A stretch of 16,983 nucleotides of DNA from Candidatus Velthaea sp. (GCA_050012475.1 JBEKHC010000103.1:1-16983), one strand, 5' to 3'; shown: positions 1 through 8,891, numbered from the stretch's first letter. Notes: generated by a model from the letters alone, not told the origin. Made by a program: numbers and translations.

Positions 1-1215
1 GCAGCGACGTTCGACGCGCTGGCCGCGCGGACGCCCGGAAGCACGTACACGTCGTTCTTGGGCGCTGGCGCCTACCGGCATTACACGCCCCCGATCGTCG
101 CGGCGCTGGCGATGCGCGGCGAATTCCTCACTGCTTATACGCCGTATCAAGCCGAGGTGTCTCAAGGCTACCTCCAAGCGATCTACGAGTGGCAGACGTA
201 CGTCGCGCTGCTGACCGGATTGGACGTGGCCAACGCCTCGGTCTACGACGGAGCGACGGCTTTGGCCGAGGGCGCGATCATGGCGGTGAACGCCACCGGC
301 CGCAAGGCGCTGCTGGTCTCCGCGGCCGTCCATCCGAATTACCGGACGGTCTTGCGGACGTACGCCGAAGGCTTGGAGCTCGTCATCGACGAGCTGGACT
401 ACGCACCCGACGGGACCACCGATTTCGATGAGATCGAGGCGCGGCTGGCTGACCGGCGCTATGCCGCCGTGGTCGTGCAATCGCCGAATTTCTTCGGCGC
501 GATCGATGCGCCGGCGGGCCGCAAAGGCGTCATCAAAGCCAGCGGGACGCTGCTCATCGGTGTCATCGCCGAAGCCTTGTCGCTGGCGGCGCTGGCGCCG
601 CCGGGGCGTTGGGGCGCCGACATCGCGGTGGGCGAAGGCCAATCCTTCGGCGTCGCGATGGCCTACGGCGGTCCGCACGTCGGGTTCATCGCGACGACGA
701 CCGAACATTTGCGCCGGATTCCGGGCCGGCTCGTGGGCCGGACCGTCGACAAGGAGGGCGCTCCGGCCTATACCCTCACGTTGCAGGCGCGCGAACAACA
801 CATCAGGCGCGAGAAAGCCACCTCGAACATCTGCACCAATCAGGCCCATTGCGCGCTCTGCGCCACGATCTATCTGGCCGCGATGGGCCAGACCGGGCTG
901 CGTGATTGCGCCGCGCACAACCTCGCCCGCGCGCGCGAGCTCCAAGCCCGCGTCACCGCCGTGCCGGGCGTGCGGGCGCGCTTCGCCGCCCCGACCTTCA
1001 ACGAGTTCGTCGTGCAAGTTCCCGGCCGGGCCGCCGACGTATTGGCGCGTTTGCGCGGACGCTACATCCTGGGCGGCTTGGACCTGGGCCGCTTCTATCC
1101 CGAGCTGGCCGATTGTATCTTGATGACGGCGACCGAACTGACGACCGGACCGGAGATCGATGCGCTCGTTTTCGCTCTCACCGAGCAGGTGGCACATGCA
1201 ACAGCGCGCGTTTGA
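1..1215 (+). CDS. gcvPA: Glycine dehydrogenase (decarboxylating) P-protein subunit 1, 5'-truncated by the window
   Basis: Frame is open from base 1 (AATFDALAARTPGSTYTSFLGAGAY). Contains the GcvPA motifs FLGAGAY, EFLTAYTPYQAEVSQG, NASVYDGATA, GGPHVGF, PGRLVG and LQAREQHIRREKATSNICTNQ. Confidence 0.95.
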   Translation, partial: AATFDALAARTPGSTYTSFLGAGAYRHYTPPIVAALAMRGEFLTAYTPYQAEVSQGYLQAIYEWQTYVALLTGLDVANASVYDGATALAEGAIMAVNATGRKALLVSAAVHPNYRTVLRTYAEGLELVIDELDYAPDGTTDFDEIEARLADRRYAAVVVQSPNFFGAIDAPAGRKGVIKASGTLLIGVIAEALSLAALAPPGRWGADIAVGEGQSFGVAMAYGGPHVGFIATTTEHLRRIPGRLVGRTVDKEGAPAYTLTLQAREQHIRREKATSNICTNQAHCALCATIYLAAMGQTGLRDCAAHNLARARELQARVTAVPGVRARFAAPTFNEFVVQVPGRAADVLARLRGRYILGGLDLGRFYPELADCILMTATELTTGPEIDALVFALTEQVAHATARV

Positions 1216-2713
1216 CACTCCGTTGATCTTCGAGTCGGGGCACCCCGGCCGCGCCGGACGCTATCTGCCCGCCGGCCCCGCGCTGGCCGACTTTTTGCCG
1301 GCCGCGATGCTGCGCGGCGATCTGCCGCTGCCCGACAACACCGAACTCGACGTCAACCGGCATTTCACGCGGCTCTCGCAGAAGACGTTTGCGATCGACC
1401 TGGGCTTCTATCCGCTGGGCTCGTGCACGATGAAGTACAACCCCCGCATCAACGATGCGATGGCGAATCTGCCCGCGTTTCGCGATCTGCATCCGTTCGC
1501 GCCCGACGAGTTGGCGCAGGGCGCGCTGGCGGTCATGTGGGAACTCGAACGCAGTCTGGCGTCGCTGTTCGGGATGGCCGCGTTCTCGCTCAACCCGGCC
1601 GCCGGCGCGCACGCCGAACTCACGGCACTGCTCATCGCCAAGGCGTATTTCAAGCAGATCGGCGCCGGCGCCACGCGCCGGACGGTCATCGTTCCGGATA
1701 CGGCGCACGGCACCAACCCGGCCTCGGCGGCGATGGTCGGCTATCGCGTCGTCTCACTGAAATCCGACGCGCGGGGCCGCGTTTCGGTCGACGAAATCAA
1801 AGCGGCGATCGGACCCGACACCGCGGTCTGCATGATGACGAACCCCAATACGCTGGGCCTCTTCGAGGACCACATCAAAGAGATCACCGACGCCGTGCAC
1901 GCCGCGGGCGGCCTGATGTACTACGACGGGGCGAACGCGAACGCGCTCATGGGGAATTCGCGGCCCGGCGACATGGGCTTCGACCTCATGCACCTCAACT
2001 TGCACAAGACGTTTTCCATCCCGCACGGCGGCGGCGGCGCGGGCGCCGGGCCGGTCGGCGTGGCCCAAGCGCTGGTGCCGTTTCTGCCTACGCCGGTCGT
2101 GGTGTGCAACGAATCGGCCGGCGCGGACGGCTGGGAACCATCGGCGGGCAAGTCGTTCCGGCTCGATTTCGAGCGGCCCGACGCGATCGGTTCGATGCGC
2201 TCGTTCTGGTCGAACTTCGCCCACATGGTGCGCGCGCTGGCATATGTGTACGCCAACGGGTTCGAGGGTCTGACGCAAGTCTCGAAGCTCGCCGTCCTCA
2301 ACGCGAACTACATCCGGGCCTCGATCAAGGACGCGATCGAGTCGCCGTACGATGAGAACTGCCGGCATGAGTTCGTCGTCTCGGCCCAGCAGCTCAAGCG
2401 TGAGACCGGCGTCCGGGCGCTCGACATCGGCAAGGCGCTGCTCGACCGCGGTTATCACGCTCCCACCGTGTACTTCCCGCTGCTCGTCCCCGAATGCCTC
2501 ATGATCGAGCCGACCGAGACCGAATCGAAAGAGACGCTGGACGCGTTCATCGCCGATTTTCGTGCGATTTTGGCCACGGCGAAGACTGATCCGGCGGCGA
2601 TTCTCGCTGCTCCGGTCAAGACCGTGGTGCGCCGGATCGACGAAACGCGCGCCGCGCGCCAGCCCGATCTGCGCTGGCATCCGCCCGCTCCGGAGGGGGG
2701 CCAAGAGGCCTGA
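1196..2713 (+). CDS. gcvPB: Glycine dehydrogenase (decarboxylating) P-protein subunit 2
   Basis: Motifs FYPLGSCTMKYNP, PAAGAHAE, AHGTNPASA, YYDGAN, PLP-lysine motif HLNLHKTFSIPHGGGG, HAPTVYFP and IEPTETESKETLD. ATG 1196 follows GAGCAGGTGG and overlaps the end of gcvPA; preferred over the ORF-track start at 1160. Confidence 0.95.
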   Translation: MQQRAFDTPLIFESGHPGRAGRYLPAGPALADFLPAAMLRGDLPLPDNTELDVNRHFTRLSQKTFAIDLGFYPLGSCTMKYNPRINDAMANLPAFRDLHPFAPDELAQGALAVMWELERSLASLFGMAAFSLNPAAGAHAELTALLIAKAYFKQIGAGATRRTVIVPDTAHGTNPASAAMVGYRVVSLKSDARGRVSVDEIKAAIGPDTAVCMMTNPNTLGLFEDHIKEITDAVHAAGGLMYYDGANANALMGNSRPGDMGFDLMHLNLHKTFSIPHGGGGAGAGPVGVAQALVPFLPTPVVVCNESAGADGWEPSAGKSFRLDFERPDAIGSMRSFWSNFAHMVRALAYVYANGFEGLTQVSKLAVLNANYIRASIKDAIESPYDENCRHEFVVSAQQLKRETGVRALDIGKALLDRGYHAPTVYFPLLVPECLMIEPTETESKETLDAFIADFRAILATAKTDPAAILAAPVKTVVRRIDETRAARQPDLRWHPPAPEGGQEA

Positions 2714-2717
2714 GATC

Positions 2718-2752
2718 GACGCCGCCCGGCCTGCCGGTGCGGCGTTCTTCTT
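2718..2752 (+). terminator. Probable intrinsic terminator after gcvPB
   Basis: GACGCCGC(2718-2725)/GCGGCGTT(2739-2746) stem extended by CCGG/CCGG with a 1-nt bulge and CCTG loop, followed by CTTCTT. Confidence 0.6.
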
Positions 2753-2760
2753 GGGCTGGG

Positions 2761-2775
2761 GTGATAAAATAAAAC
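2761..2775 (+). promoter_or_regulatory. Candidate sigma70 -10 element for the Nudix-scpAB block
   Basis: AT-rich patch with TAAAAT at 2765-2770 preceded by TG at 2762-2763 (extended -10 TGnTAAAAT), in an otherwise GC-rich intergenic region. Confidence 0.45.
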
Positions 2776-2823
2776 CAATCCCCGGGATGAACGTGCCCGG
2801 GCTTATTTGTCGGAAAGCGATCC

Positions 2824-3312
2824 ATGCGCATCAAATACGAGGTGTCAGCCGGTGGCTTGGTCCTGCGGCGGAATGGAGCGGACCTCGAAGCCCTTCTCAT
2901 CGGGCGGGGCATGCCGCGTGTTTGGTCGCTGCCCAAAGGCCATGTCGAAGCACGTGAGACGCACGAACAAGCCGCGCTGCGCGAAGTCCGCGAGGAAACC
3001 GGCTGTTGGGCCGAGATCCTCATCAAGCTGTCCGACATCTCGTACTGGTTCTATTTGAACCGGACCAAGCACAAGAAATCGGTGCATTTCTATTTGATGA
3101 ACTACTTGTCCGGCGATACCGCCAACCACGATCACGAGGTGGATGAAGCGCGCTGGTTCGAGATCAAGGCGGCGAAAAAAGCCCTCAAGTACGTCAACGA
3201 GAAGCGGCTGGTCGACTTGGGACTCGAGTGGATCGAAGGCGATCGCTCGAACATCTTCGCCCCCGAACCGATGCCGGCGGTTGAATCGGTGAGGGATTCG
3301 AGCGCGAGTTGA
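2824..3312 (+). CDS. Nudix hydrolase (Ap4A-hydrolase-like)
   Basis: Nudix box GHVEARETHEQAALREVREETG preceded by WSLPK; N-terminal SAGGLV; HDHEVDEARWF. Substrate cannot be determined from sequence. Confidence 0.88.
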   Translation: MRIKYEVSAGGLVLRRNGADLEALLIGRGMPRVWSLPKGHVEARETHEQAALREVREETGCWAEILIKLSDISYWFYLNRTKHKKSVHFYLMNYLSGDTANHDHEVDEARWFEIKAAKKALKYVNEKRLVDLGLEWIEGDRSNIFAPEPMPAVESVRDSSAS

Positions 3313-4049
3313 ACGACGCCCCGGCAATCGACGAACGGCTGTTGCGCGTCTCGCTCGACGTCTTCAACGGTCCGCTCGACTTGCTCCTCAATCTCGTGCG
3401 CGAACAGCAACTCGACATCGCAACGGTTCCGCTGGCGGCGGTTGCCGACCAGTATTTTGCCTTCATCTCGGCGATGCAGGACATCGACGTCGAACTGGCC
3501 GCGGATTATTTGGTGATCGCCGCAACGCTGGTGTTTCTCAAGTCCAAGTCGCTGCTGCCGCCGATTCCGCTCGAGTTCGAGGCCGGCGAAGAATCGGCCG
3601 AGGTCGTCGAGGCGCGGCTGCGCGAGCGGCTTATCGCCTACTCGAAATATCGCGACGCCGGGATCGACTTGCGTACCCGGGCGCTCGAGGCGGCGGCGTA
3701 TTACCTGCGGGCGGAAGGCGGCGACTCGTCGGCCGAACTCGTCCAGCGCTACCGGGTCGACCCGGCCAAACTCGCCGCGGCACTGGCGGCGGCGCTGCGC
3801 GCCGCCAAGCCGGAAAAGCGGACCATCGTGCGCGAACGGGTATCGCTTATCGAACAGATGGAATTCGTGATGCGAACGCTGCGCTCGGCCGGCCGGGCCA
3901 CGTTTTTCGCGCTGGTCGAACGGCTCGACCGTCCGGCGATCATCGTGACGTTTCTGGCGATCCTCGAACTCGTGCGTCGCGGCCGAGTCGGTTTCGCCCA
4001 ACTCGAGGCCTTCGAGGATATCGAATTGCTGTTGCCGGCGGCGGCCTGA
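3309..4049 (+). CDS. scpA: Segregation and condensation protein A (kleisin)
   Basis: FNGPLDLLLNLV, ELAADYLVIAATLVFLKSKSLLP and IVTFLAILELVR motifs. TTG start overlaps the Nudix stop (TTGA). Confidence 0.93.
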   Translation: MNDAPAIDERLLRVSLDVFNGPLDLLLNLVREQQLDIATVPLAAVADQYFAFISAMQDIDVELAADYLVIAATLVFLKSKSLLPPIPLEFEAGEESAEVVEARLRERLIAYSKYRDAGIDLRTRALEAAAYYLRAEGGDSSAELVQRYRVDPAKLAAALAAALRAAKPEKRTIVRERVSLIEQMEFVMRTLRSAGRATFFALVERLDRPAIIVTFLAILELVRRGRVGFAQLEAFEDIELLLPAAA

Positions 4050-4741
4050 TGCAGGCCGAACTCATCGACACCGGCGCCCTGACGCGGTCGATCGAAGCCG
4101 TGCTGTTCGTGGCCTCCGAGGCGCTGTCGATCAAGGCGCTGGCCAAGCTGACCGGCGCCGAAGAAGCCGACGTCTCGCTGGCGCTGGCGCGGATCGATGC
4201 CGAGTATGCCGAGCGCGGCATCGTGCTGCGCGAGATTGCCGGGGGGTACCGTTTCGCCAGCGCGCCGGCGGCACGCAGCGCCGTCGAGGCCTACCTCATG
4301 CCGCCCAAAACCAACCTCTCGCCGGCGGCGCTCGAAACCCTGGCAATCGTCGCGTACTTGCAGCCGGTCACCAAAGCCGATATCGAAGGCATCCGCGGCG
4401 TAAGCGCTGACTCGGTGCTGTCGACCCTGGTCGACCGCCGGTTTTTGGCCGAAGCGGGGCGCAAAGAAGTGGCGGGCCGGCCAATTCTGTACCGAACCAC
4501 GCCCGAGTTCCTCGAGGCCTTCGGACTGCGGTCGCTCGAAGAACTGCCGGTAGTCGACATCGATTCCGCCGCGCCGGTCGAACTGGTGTTGCCCATCCCG
4601 ACCCAAGCGGTGCCGGGTGCTGAGGAACCGAAGAGTCAAGGCGACCCGGCGCCCGATGCGGCTGCCGGCATCGATCCCCAGCCCGAGCCGGCGGAGGCGT
4701 CCGCGGCCGTAGACGAGAGCGAGAACGTATTAGCACCCTAG
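4049..4741 (+). CDS. scpB: SMC-Scp complex subunit ScpB
   Basis: IEAVLF, LSPAALETLAIVAYLQPVTKADIEGIRGV and GRPILYRTTPEFLEAFGL motifs. TGATG coupling to scpA. Acidic Pro/Ala-rich C-terminal tail. Confidence 0.94.
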   Translation: MQAELIDTGALTRSIEAVLFVASEALSIKALAKLTGAEEADVSLALARIDAEYAERGIVLREIAGGYRFASAPAARSAVEAYLMPPKTNLSPAALETLAIVAYLQPVTKADIEGIRGVSADSVLSTLVDRRFLAEAGRKEVAGRPILYRTTPEFLEAFGLRSLEELPVVDIDSAAPVELVLPIPTQAVPGAEEPKSQGDPAPDAAAGIDPQPEPAEASAAVDESENVLAP

Positions 4742-4779
4742 AAACCCAGATCTGGTCGACGATCGACCACAACGCCCAG

Positions 4780-5970
4780 GTGGTCGCCCTGGCGCACGAA
4801 CTCATCCAACCCGGCGAAGCGTTTACGCTCACCGCCGATCAGCGCACGGCGATCGATACGATCAGTGCCGGGCTCGACGACGACATTTTCGAATTCCTCC
4901 TCAAGGCGCCGACCGGGTCGGGCAAAACCGAAGTCATGCTGCGCGTCGCCGTCGATACCGTGCTCAAGGAAGAGAGCTACGTGTGCTTGATCGCGCCGAC
5001 GCGCGACCTGGTGCGCCAGCACGTCGCGTACTTCGAGAATCGGCTGGCCGGCACGCCGCTGGGCGTGGCGCAAGTGCACGGCGGGATGTCGCCGGCCGAA
5101 CGCCGGGATGCCGACACGGGGATCGCCGACGGCTCGATTCGTGTCGTCTGCGGTTCGGCGATGCTGCTCTCGAGCAAGCACTGGTGGGACGTCATCGATC
5201 GCAGTTCGCTGCTCATCATCGACGACGTGAACGCCTTCGACGAGCGCGAGCACTTGCGGCTGCTCGAAGATCTCGACTGTCCGATGCTCTTCGCCAGCGC
5301 GACGCCGAGCGAGATGCGGCCGTTCCTCACCCGTATCGGCGCCATGGACCACGTCGTTTCGATGAAGAAGATGCCCTTCGACGTCATCCCGACCACGGTC
5401 CACAAGCCGGAAGGGGTCTGGGGCGAGCCGCCGGCCGAGCAGCTCAGTCATGCCGACGCGCTCATTCGCGATCATCTCGAGCGCAAGTCGCGCATTTTCG
5501 TCATCAGCCGGACCCGCGGCGACGTCCCTAAACTGGCCGAACGGCTCGAGTCCACCTACGGCATCCCCGTCCAGCAGCTGCGCGGCGACATGGCCGACAC
5601 CACCGAGCACGGCAAGCGTCATCGTCGCAACGGCGTGAAGGTGCACGGGACCCTCACCCGGGTCGAGATGATGACCGCCTTCCGCGACGGCGCGCCGGCC
5701 ATTCTTGCCGCCACGAACCTGGTCGGCAGCGGTCTCGACATTCCGGCGGCCGATTTGATCGTCCTGACCGACGCGGATGCCTTCGGCGAAGCCGAGGTGG
5801 AGCAGCTCATCGGGCGCGTCGGCCGGCGCGAACGGCCCTCCGACGCCGTTCTCGTGAGCAAGACGACGTTTGAAAAGAATCCGTCGCGCAGTATGGGCAG
5901 CGGCCCCCGGCGCACCTTCATGCCCGCCGGCATGCGCTCGAACCAGCTGCGCTTCACCCGGCGGAAGTAA
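4780..5970 (+). CDS. RecG-like superfamily 2 helicase core (no wedge domain, no TRG motif, motif II DDVN); start may be a non-canonical ATT at 4729
   Basis: Q-motif-like FTLTADQ, Walker A APTGSGKT, Ia APTRDLVRQH, II IIDDVNAF, III SATP, V ATNLVGSGLDIP, and DADAFG...QLIGRVGR matching the RecG AERFG...QLRGRVGR pattern. Confidence 0.8.
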   Translation: MVALAHELIQPGEAFTLTADQRTAIDTISAGLDDDIFEFLLKAPTGSGKTEVMLRVAVDTVLKEESYVCLIAPTRDLVRQHVAYFENRLAGTPLGVAQVHGGMSPAERRDADTGIADGSIRVVCGSAMLLSSKHWWDVIDRSSLLIIDDVNAFDEREHLRLLEDLDCPMLFASATPSEMRPFLTRIGAMDHVVSMKKMPFDVIPTTVHKPEGVWGEPPAEQLSHADALIRDHLERKSRIFVISRTRGDVPKLAERLESTYGIPVQQLRGDMADTTEHGKRHRRNGVKVHGTLTRVEMMTAFRDGAPAILAATNLVGSGLDIPAADLIVLTDADAFGEAEVEQLIGRVGRRERPSDAVLVSKTTFEKNPSRSMGSGPRRTFMPAGMRSNQLRFTRRK

Positions 5971-5989
5971 GCGCCGATAACCGAAAACG

Positions 5990-6748
5990 ATGATCGAACA
6001 ACATGTGCGCGGGGGTGCCTTCGAGGGCCTCGCCGCCGACTATCAACGCTATCGGATCGGTTATTCGAGCGAGCTCTTCGAGGTACTCGAAGGTTTCGGG
6101 TTCCGCCGCGGCGCGAGCGTCCTCGACGCGGGCTGCGGGACCGGCCTCTCGATGGCGCCGCTTGCGGCGCGCGGAATGGCGCCCACCGGACTCGATCCCT
6201 CACCGCAGATGCTCGCAGCCGCCATGCTCGCCGTGCCCAGCGCAACGTTCGTCGAGGGCAGGGTCGAAGCGTTGCCCTTTCCCGACCGCCGCTTCGACGC
6301 CGCGGTCAGCGCGCAAAGCTTTCACCGGTTCGATCCTGACCGGGCCTACGCCGAGCTCGCGCGGGTCGTGAAGCCCGGCGGACCGATCGCCGTTTGGTGG
6401 AAGATTTTGGGTTCGGACGACTCACTGCGCGCGTTGCGCGCGGCCGCTTGCGCGCGGATCGGTGCGCTGCCCGTCCCGGATCCGCTGCGCGGCGGATTCG
6501 GCGCATTCTACCGCGCGCCGTTCGCGACGCGAACGCTGCGGGTGCTGCCGTTTACGGCGCGTTTCGGGGTCGATGATTGGATCGGATACGAGCGTTCGCG
6601 CGCCTCGGCCCGTGACGCCTATGGCGAGAAGCTCGAGCGCTACCTCGACGCGTTGAGGTTCGAACTGCTGGCCAAATACGGCTCGCCGGCCGCGCGGGTG
6701 GAAGTGCGCTACACGCAGTTCCTGTACGTCGGCATCACGCCCCGCTAA
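5990..6748 (+). CDS. Class I SAM-dependent methyltransferase (Methyltransf_11-like)
   Basis: Motif I VLDAGCGTG, GLDPSPQML, ALPFPDRRFDAAVSAQSFH and RVVKPGG. Confidence 0.88.
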   Translation: MIEQHVRGGAFEGLAADYQRYRIGYSSELFEVLEGFGFRRGASVLDAGCGTGLSMAPLAARGMAPTGLDPSPQMLAAAMLAVPSATFVEGRVEALPFPDRRFDAAVSAQSFHRFDPDRAYAELARVVKPGGPIAVWWKILGSDDSLRALRAAACARIGALPVPDPLRGGFGAFYRAPFATRTLRVLPFTARFGVDDWIGYERSRASARDAYGEKLERYLDALRFELLAKYGSPAARVEVRYTQFLYVGITPR

Positions 6749-6811
6749 ATGGCGGCTTCGACGGCGTCGAATCCGTCGCGTACGGCTTCGCCGCGCCGCC
6801 GGGCAAAATAG

Positions 6812-7666
6812 ATGCACTTTGGCCTGCACGTGCACGTCGGCGCCGGTTACGACGACGCGGTCGCGTACGCGCAGCGCCTCAATTGCACCGCGCTGCAATT
6901 TTTCAGCGGCAATCCGAAAACGTACCGGGTCGGCCCGATCGACCGTCCGGCGCTCGAGCGCTTCGCCGCCAAACGCGCTGCCGCCGGTATCGTGTCGGCC
7001 GCCATTCACACGTCGTATCTGATCAATCTGGCCAGCGAAGATCCCAAGATGGCGGCGAACTCGCTGCGGTTGGTGCGCAACGATTTAGCGGTCGCCGCCG
7101 CAGGTTCGGTCGCGTTCGTCAACACGCATCTGGGTTCGTACGGCAAACGCGACCGCCGCGAAGGTTTCGTGGCGGTCGTCGCCGCGCTCGAAGCGGCGCT
7201 CGAAGGCATCGCACCGGGCGTGTTGCTGGTGCTCGAAAATAGTGCCGGTGCCGGCCAGCTCTGCGGCGGCACGCTCGAGGAACTCGGCGCATTCATCAAG
7301 GCCGTCGATCATCCGCAGCTGGCCGTGTGTTTGGACACCGCTCATTCGTGGGCGGCCGGTTACGACATCGATACGCGCGACGGGGTCGAGCGCTTCATCG
7401 CCGGGGCCGATCGGCACGTCGGAATCGACCGGGTGGTGATGTTCCACTTCAACGACACGCAAGTACCGCTGAACGGTCACAAGGACCGGCATTGGCATAT
7501 CGGCGACGGGCTCATCGGTTTCGAAGGTTTTCGCGCATTGGCGTCGCACGCCGGGCTGGCGAACAAGACCGCGATCCTTGAAACCCCAGGCGAAGAAGCG
7601 GACGACGAACGCAATATGCAAACCATCCGCAGCATCTTCGCCCGCGCCGCAAACTTGGGAGACTAA
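6812..7666 (+). CDS. nfo: Endonuclease IV (AP endonuclease 2)
   Basis: Metal-ligand motifs HTSYLINLAS, HLGS, LENSAG, CLDTAH, HFND, DRHWHIGDG and ILETP. Confidence 0.92.
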   Translation: MHFGLHVHVGAGYDDAVAYAQRLNCTALQFFSGNPKTYRVGPIDRPALERFAAKRAAAGIVSAAIHTSYLINLASEDPKMAANSLRLVRNDLAVAAAGSVAFVNTHLGSYGKRDRREGFVAVVAALEAALEGIAPGVLLVLENSAGAGQLCGGTLEELGAFIKAVDHPQLAVCLDTAHSWAAGYDIDTRDGVERFIAGADRHVGIDRVVMFHFNDTQVPLNGHKDRHWHIGDGLIGFEGFRALASHAGLANKTAILETPGEEADDERNMQTIRSIFARAANLGD

Positions 7667-7722
7667 CATAGCGGTGGAGTCGTGCGGCGCCCCGGCGAAC
7701 GCTGCGGGCGGCGGGCTTTGCG

Positions 7723-8784
7723 ATGATTCTGCACTTTGACTTGGATGCGTTCTACGCGGCGGTCGCCCAGCGCGACGACCCGGCGCTGCGCGGCAAGCCG
7801 CTGGCGGTTGCGGGCAGCGGCCGGCGCTCCGTCGTCCTCACCGCCTCGTACGAAGCCCGGCCCTACGGAGTGCGCTCGGCGCTGCCGCTCTACAAGGCGC
7901 GAGCGGCCTGTCCGCAGCTCGTGGTCGTGCCGCCCGACTTCGCGAAGTATCGCGCCGCCTCGCTAACCGTGTTTGCGATCTTCGCCGACGGCGCCGAAGC
8001 CGTTGAGGGCCTGTCGCTCGACGAGGCGTTCGTGGCGATCGCCGGCGACTCGGTTGCCGAAGCGGTGGCGTGGGCGGCGCGCGTTCGCGTCCGCGTTCGC
8101 AGCGAGGTCGGGCTGACGATCAGCGCCGGCGTGGCGAGCGGAAAGATGGTCGCGAAGATCGCCTCCGATTCGTGCAAGCCCGACGGACTGGCGGTCGTCG
8201 AACCGGGCACCGAGGCGGCGTTTCTGGCGCCGCTTTCGGTTTCCCGGCTCTGGGGAATCGGCCCGAAGACCCAAAGCCGGCTCGAAGCGGCGGGTGTGCG
8301 CACGATCGGCGACGTCGCCGCACTCGACGACGCGGGGGCCTTCGCGCTGCTCGGACGCTGGGGCCGCGAGGCACGCGCGCTTGCCCGTGGTATCGACGAC
8401 CGGCCCGTGGACGGGACTCGCGAGCGAAAATCGATCTCGACCGAAGAGACCTTCGAGTACGACCTGCACGACGAGGAGCGCATCATCGCGCTCTTGCGCA
8501 GCCAAGCCGATGAGATCTCCGCCGACCTGGCGCGTCTGGGCCTGCGCGGGAGCACGATCGGGGTCAAGATCAAAGCCGCCGATTTCAGCATTACGGGCCG
8601 TCAGACCAGCGTGGTAGTGCCGACCGATCGCGCCCAGGACATCTTCGCTGCCGCCCTCCACTGCTGGCAGCGCAGCGAGATGGCGGGCAAGCCGATCCGC
8701 CTGCTGGGGACGCGGGTCGCGTCGCTGAGCGAGGAAACCCCGCCGGAGCTGCCCCTTTTCGGGCCCTCCGGGGGCTCGTTGTAG
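7723..8784 (+). CDS. dinB: DNA polymerase IV (Y family)
   Basis: ILHFDLDAFYA, ASYEARPYGVRSA, SLDEAF, KMVAKIASDSCKPDG, LWGIGPKT, KSISTEETF and IRLLG; ends in a clamp-motif-like ELPLF. Confidence 0.93.
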   Translation: MILHFDLDAFYAAVAQRDDPALRGKPLAVAGSGRRSVVLTASYEARPYGVRSALPLYKARAACPQLVVVPPDFAKYRAASLTVFAIFADGAEAVEGLSLDEAFVAIAGDSVAEAVAWAARVRVRVRSEVGLTISAGVASGKMVAKIASDSCKPDGLAVVEPGTEAAFLAPLSVSRLWGIGPKTQSRLEAAGVRTIGDVAALDDAGAFALLGRWGREARALARGIDDRPVDGTRERKSISTEETFEYDLHDEERIIALLRSQADEISADLARLGLRGSTIGVKIKAADFSITGRQTSVVVPTDRAQDIFAAALHCWQRSEMAGKPIRLLGTRVASLSEETPPELPLFGPSGGSL

Positions 8785-8891
8785 CGGTAACTACTGCTGG
8801 CGCGAACCCCGAAGGCGCTAAAATAAGACACTACCACCACAGAGATACCAACCGACCCATAAGCGTGCCGCTCTCGGAGGGGATTAAAATA
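8783..8891 (+). promoter_or_regulatory. Candidate promoter, leader and RBS of the light-harvesting cassette
   Basis: Imperfect palindrome AGCGGTA-AC-TACTGCT (8783-8798), -10-like TAAAAT (8819-8824), A/C-rich leader, and SD GGAGGGG (8876-8882) 9 nt before ATG 8892. Confidence 0.5.

Noticed and set aside
2778..2801. Two CCCGGG palindromes upstream of the Nudix gene
   Set aside because: Short GC-only repeats are expected by chance at this GC content, and there is no other support.
7667..7722. Possible LexA box upstream of dinB (CGAAC...)
   Set aside because: Only a half site; no GAAC-N4-GTTC or CTGT-N8-ACAG match was seen.
8865..8891. Longer GTG-started version of the beta ORF
   Set aside because: The extension contains the strong SD GGAGGGG positioned for ATG 8892.
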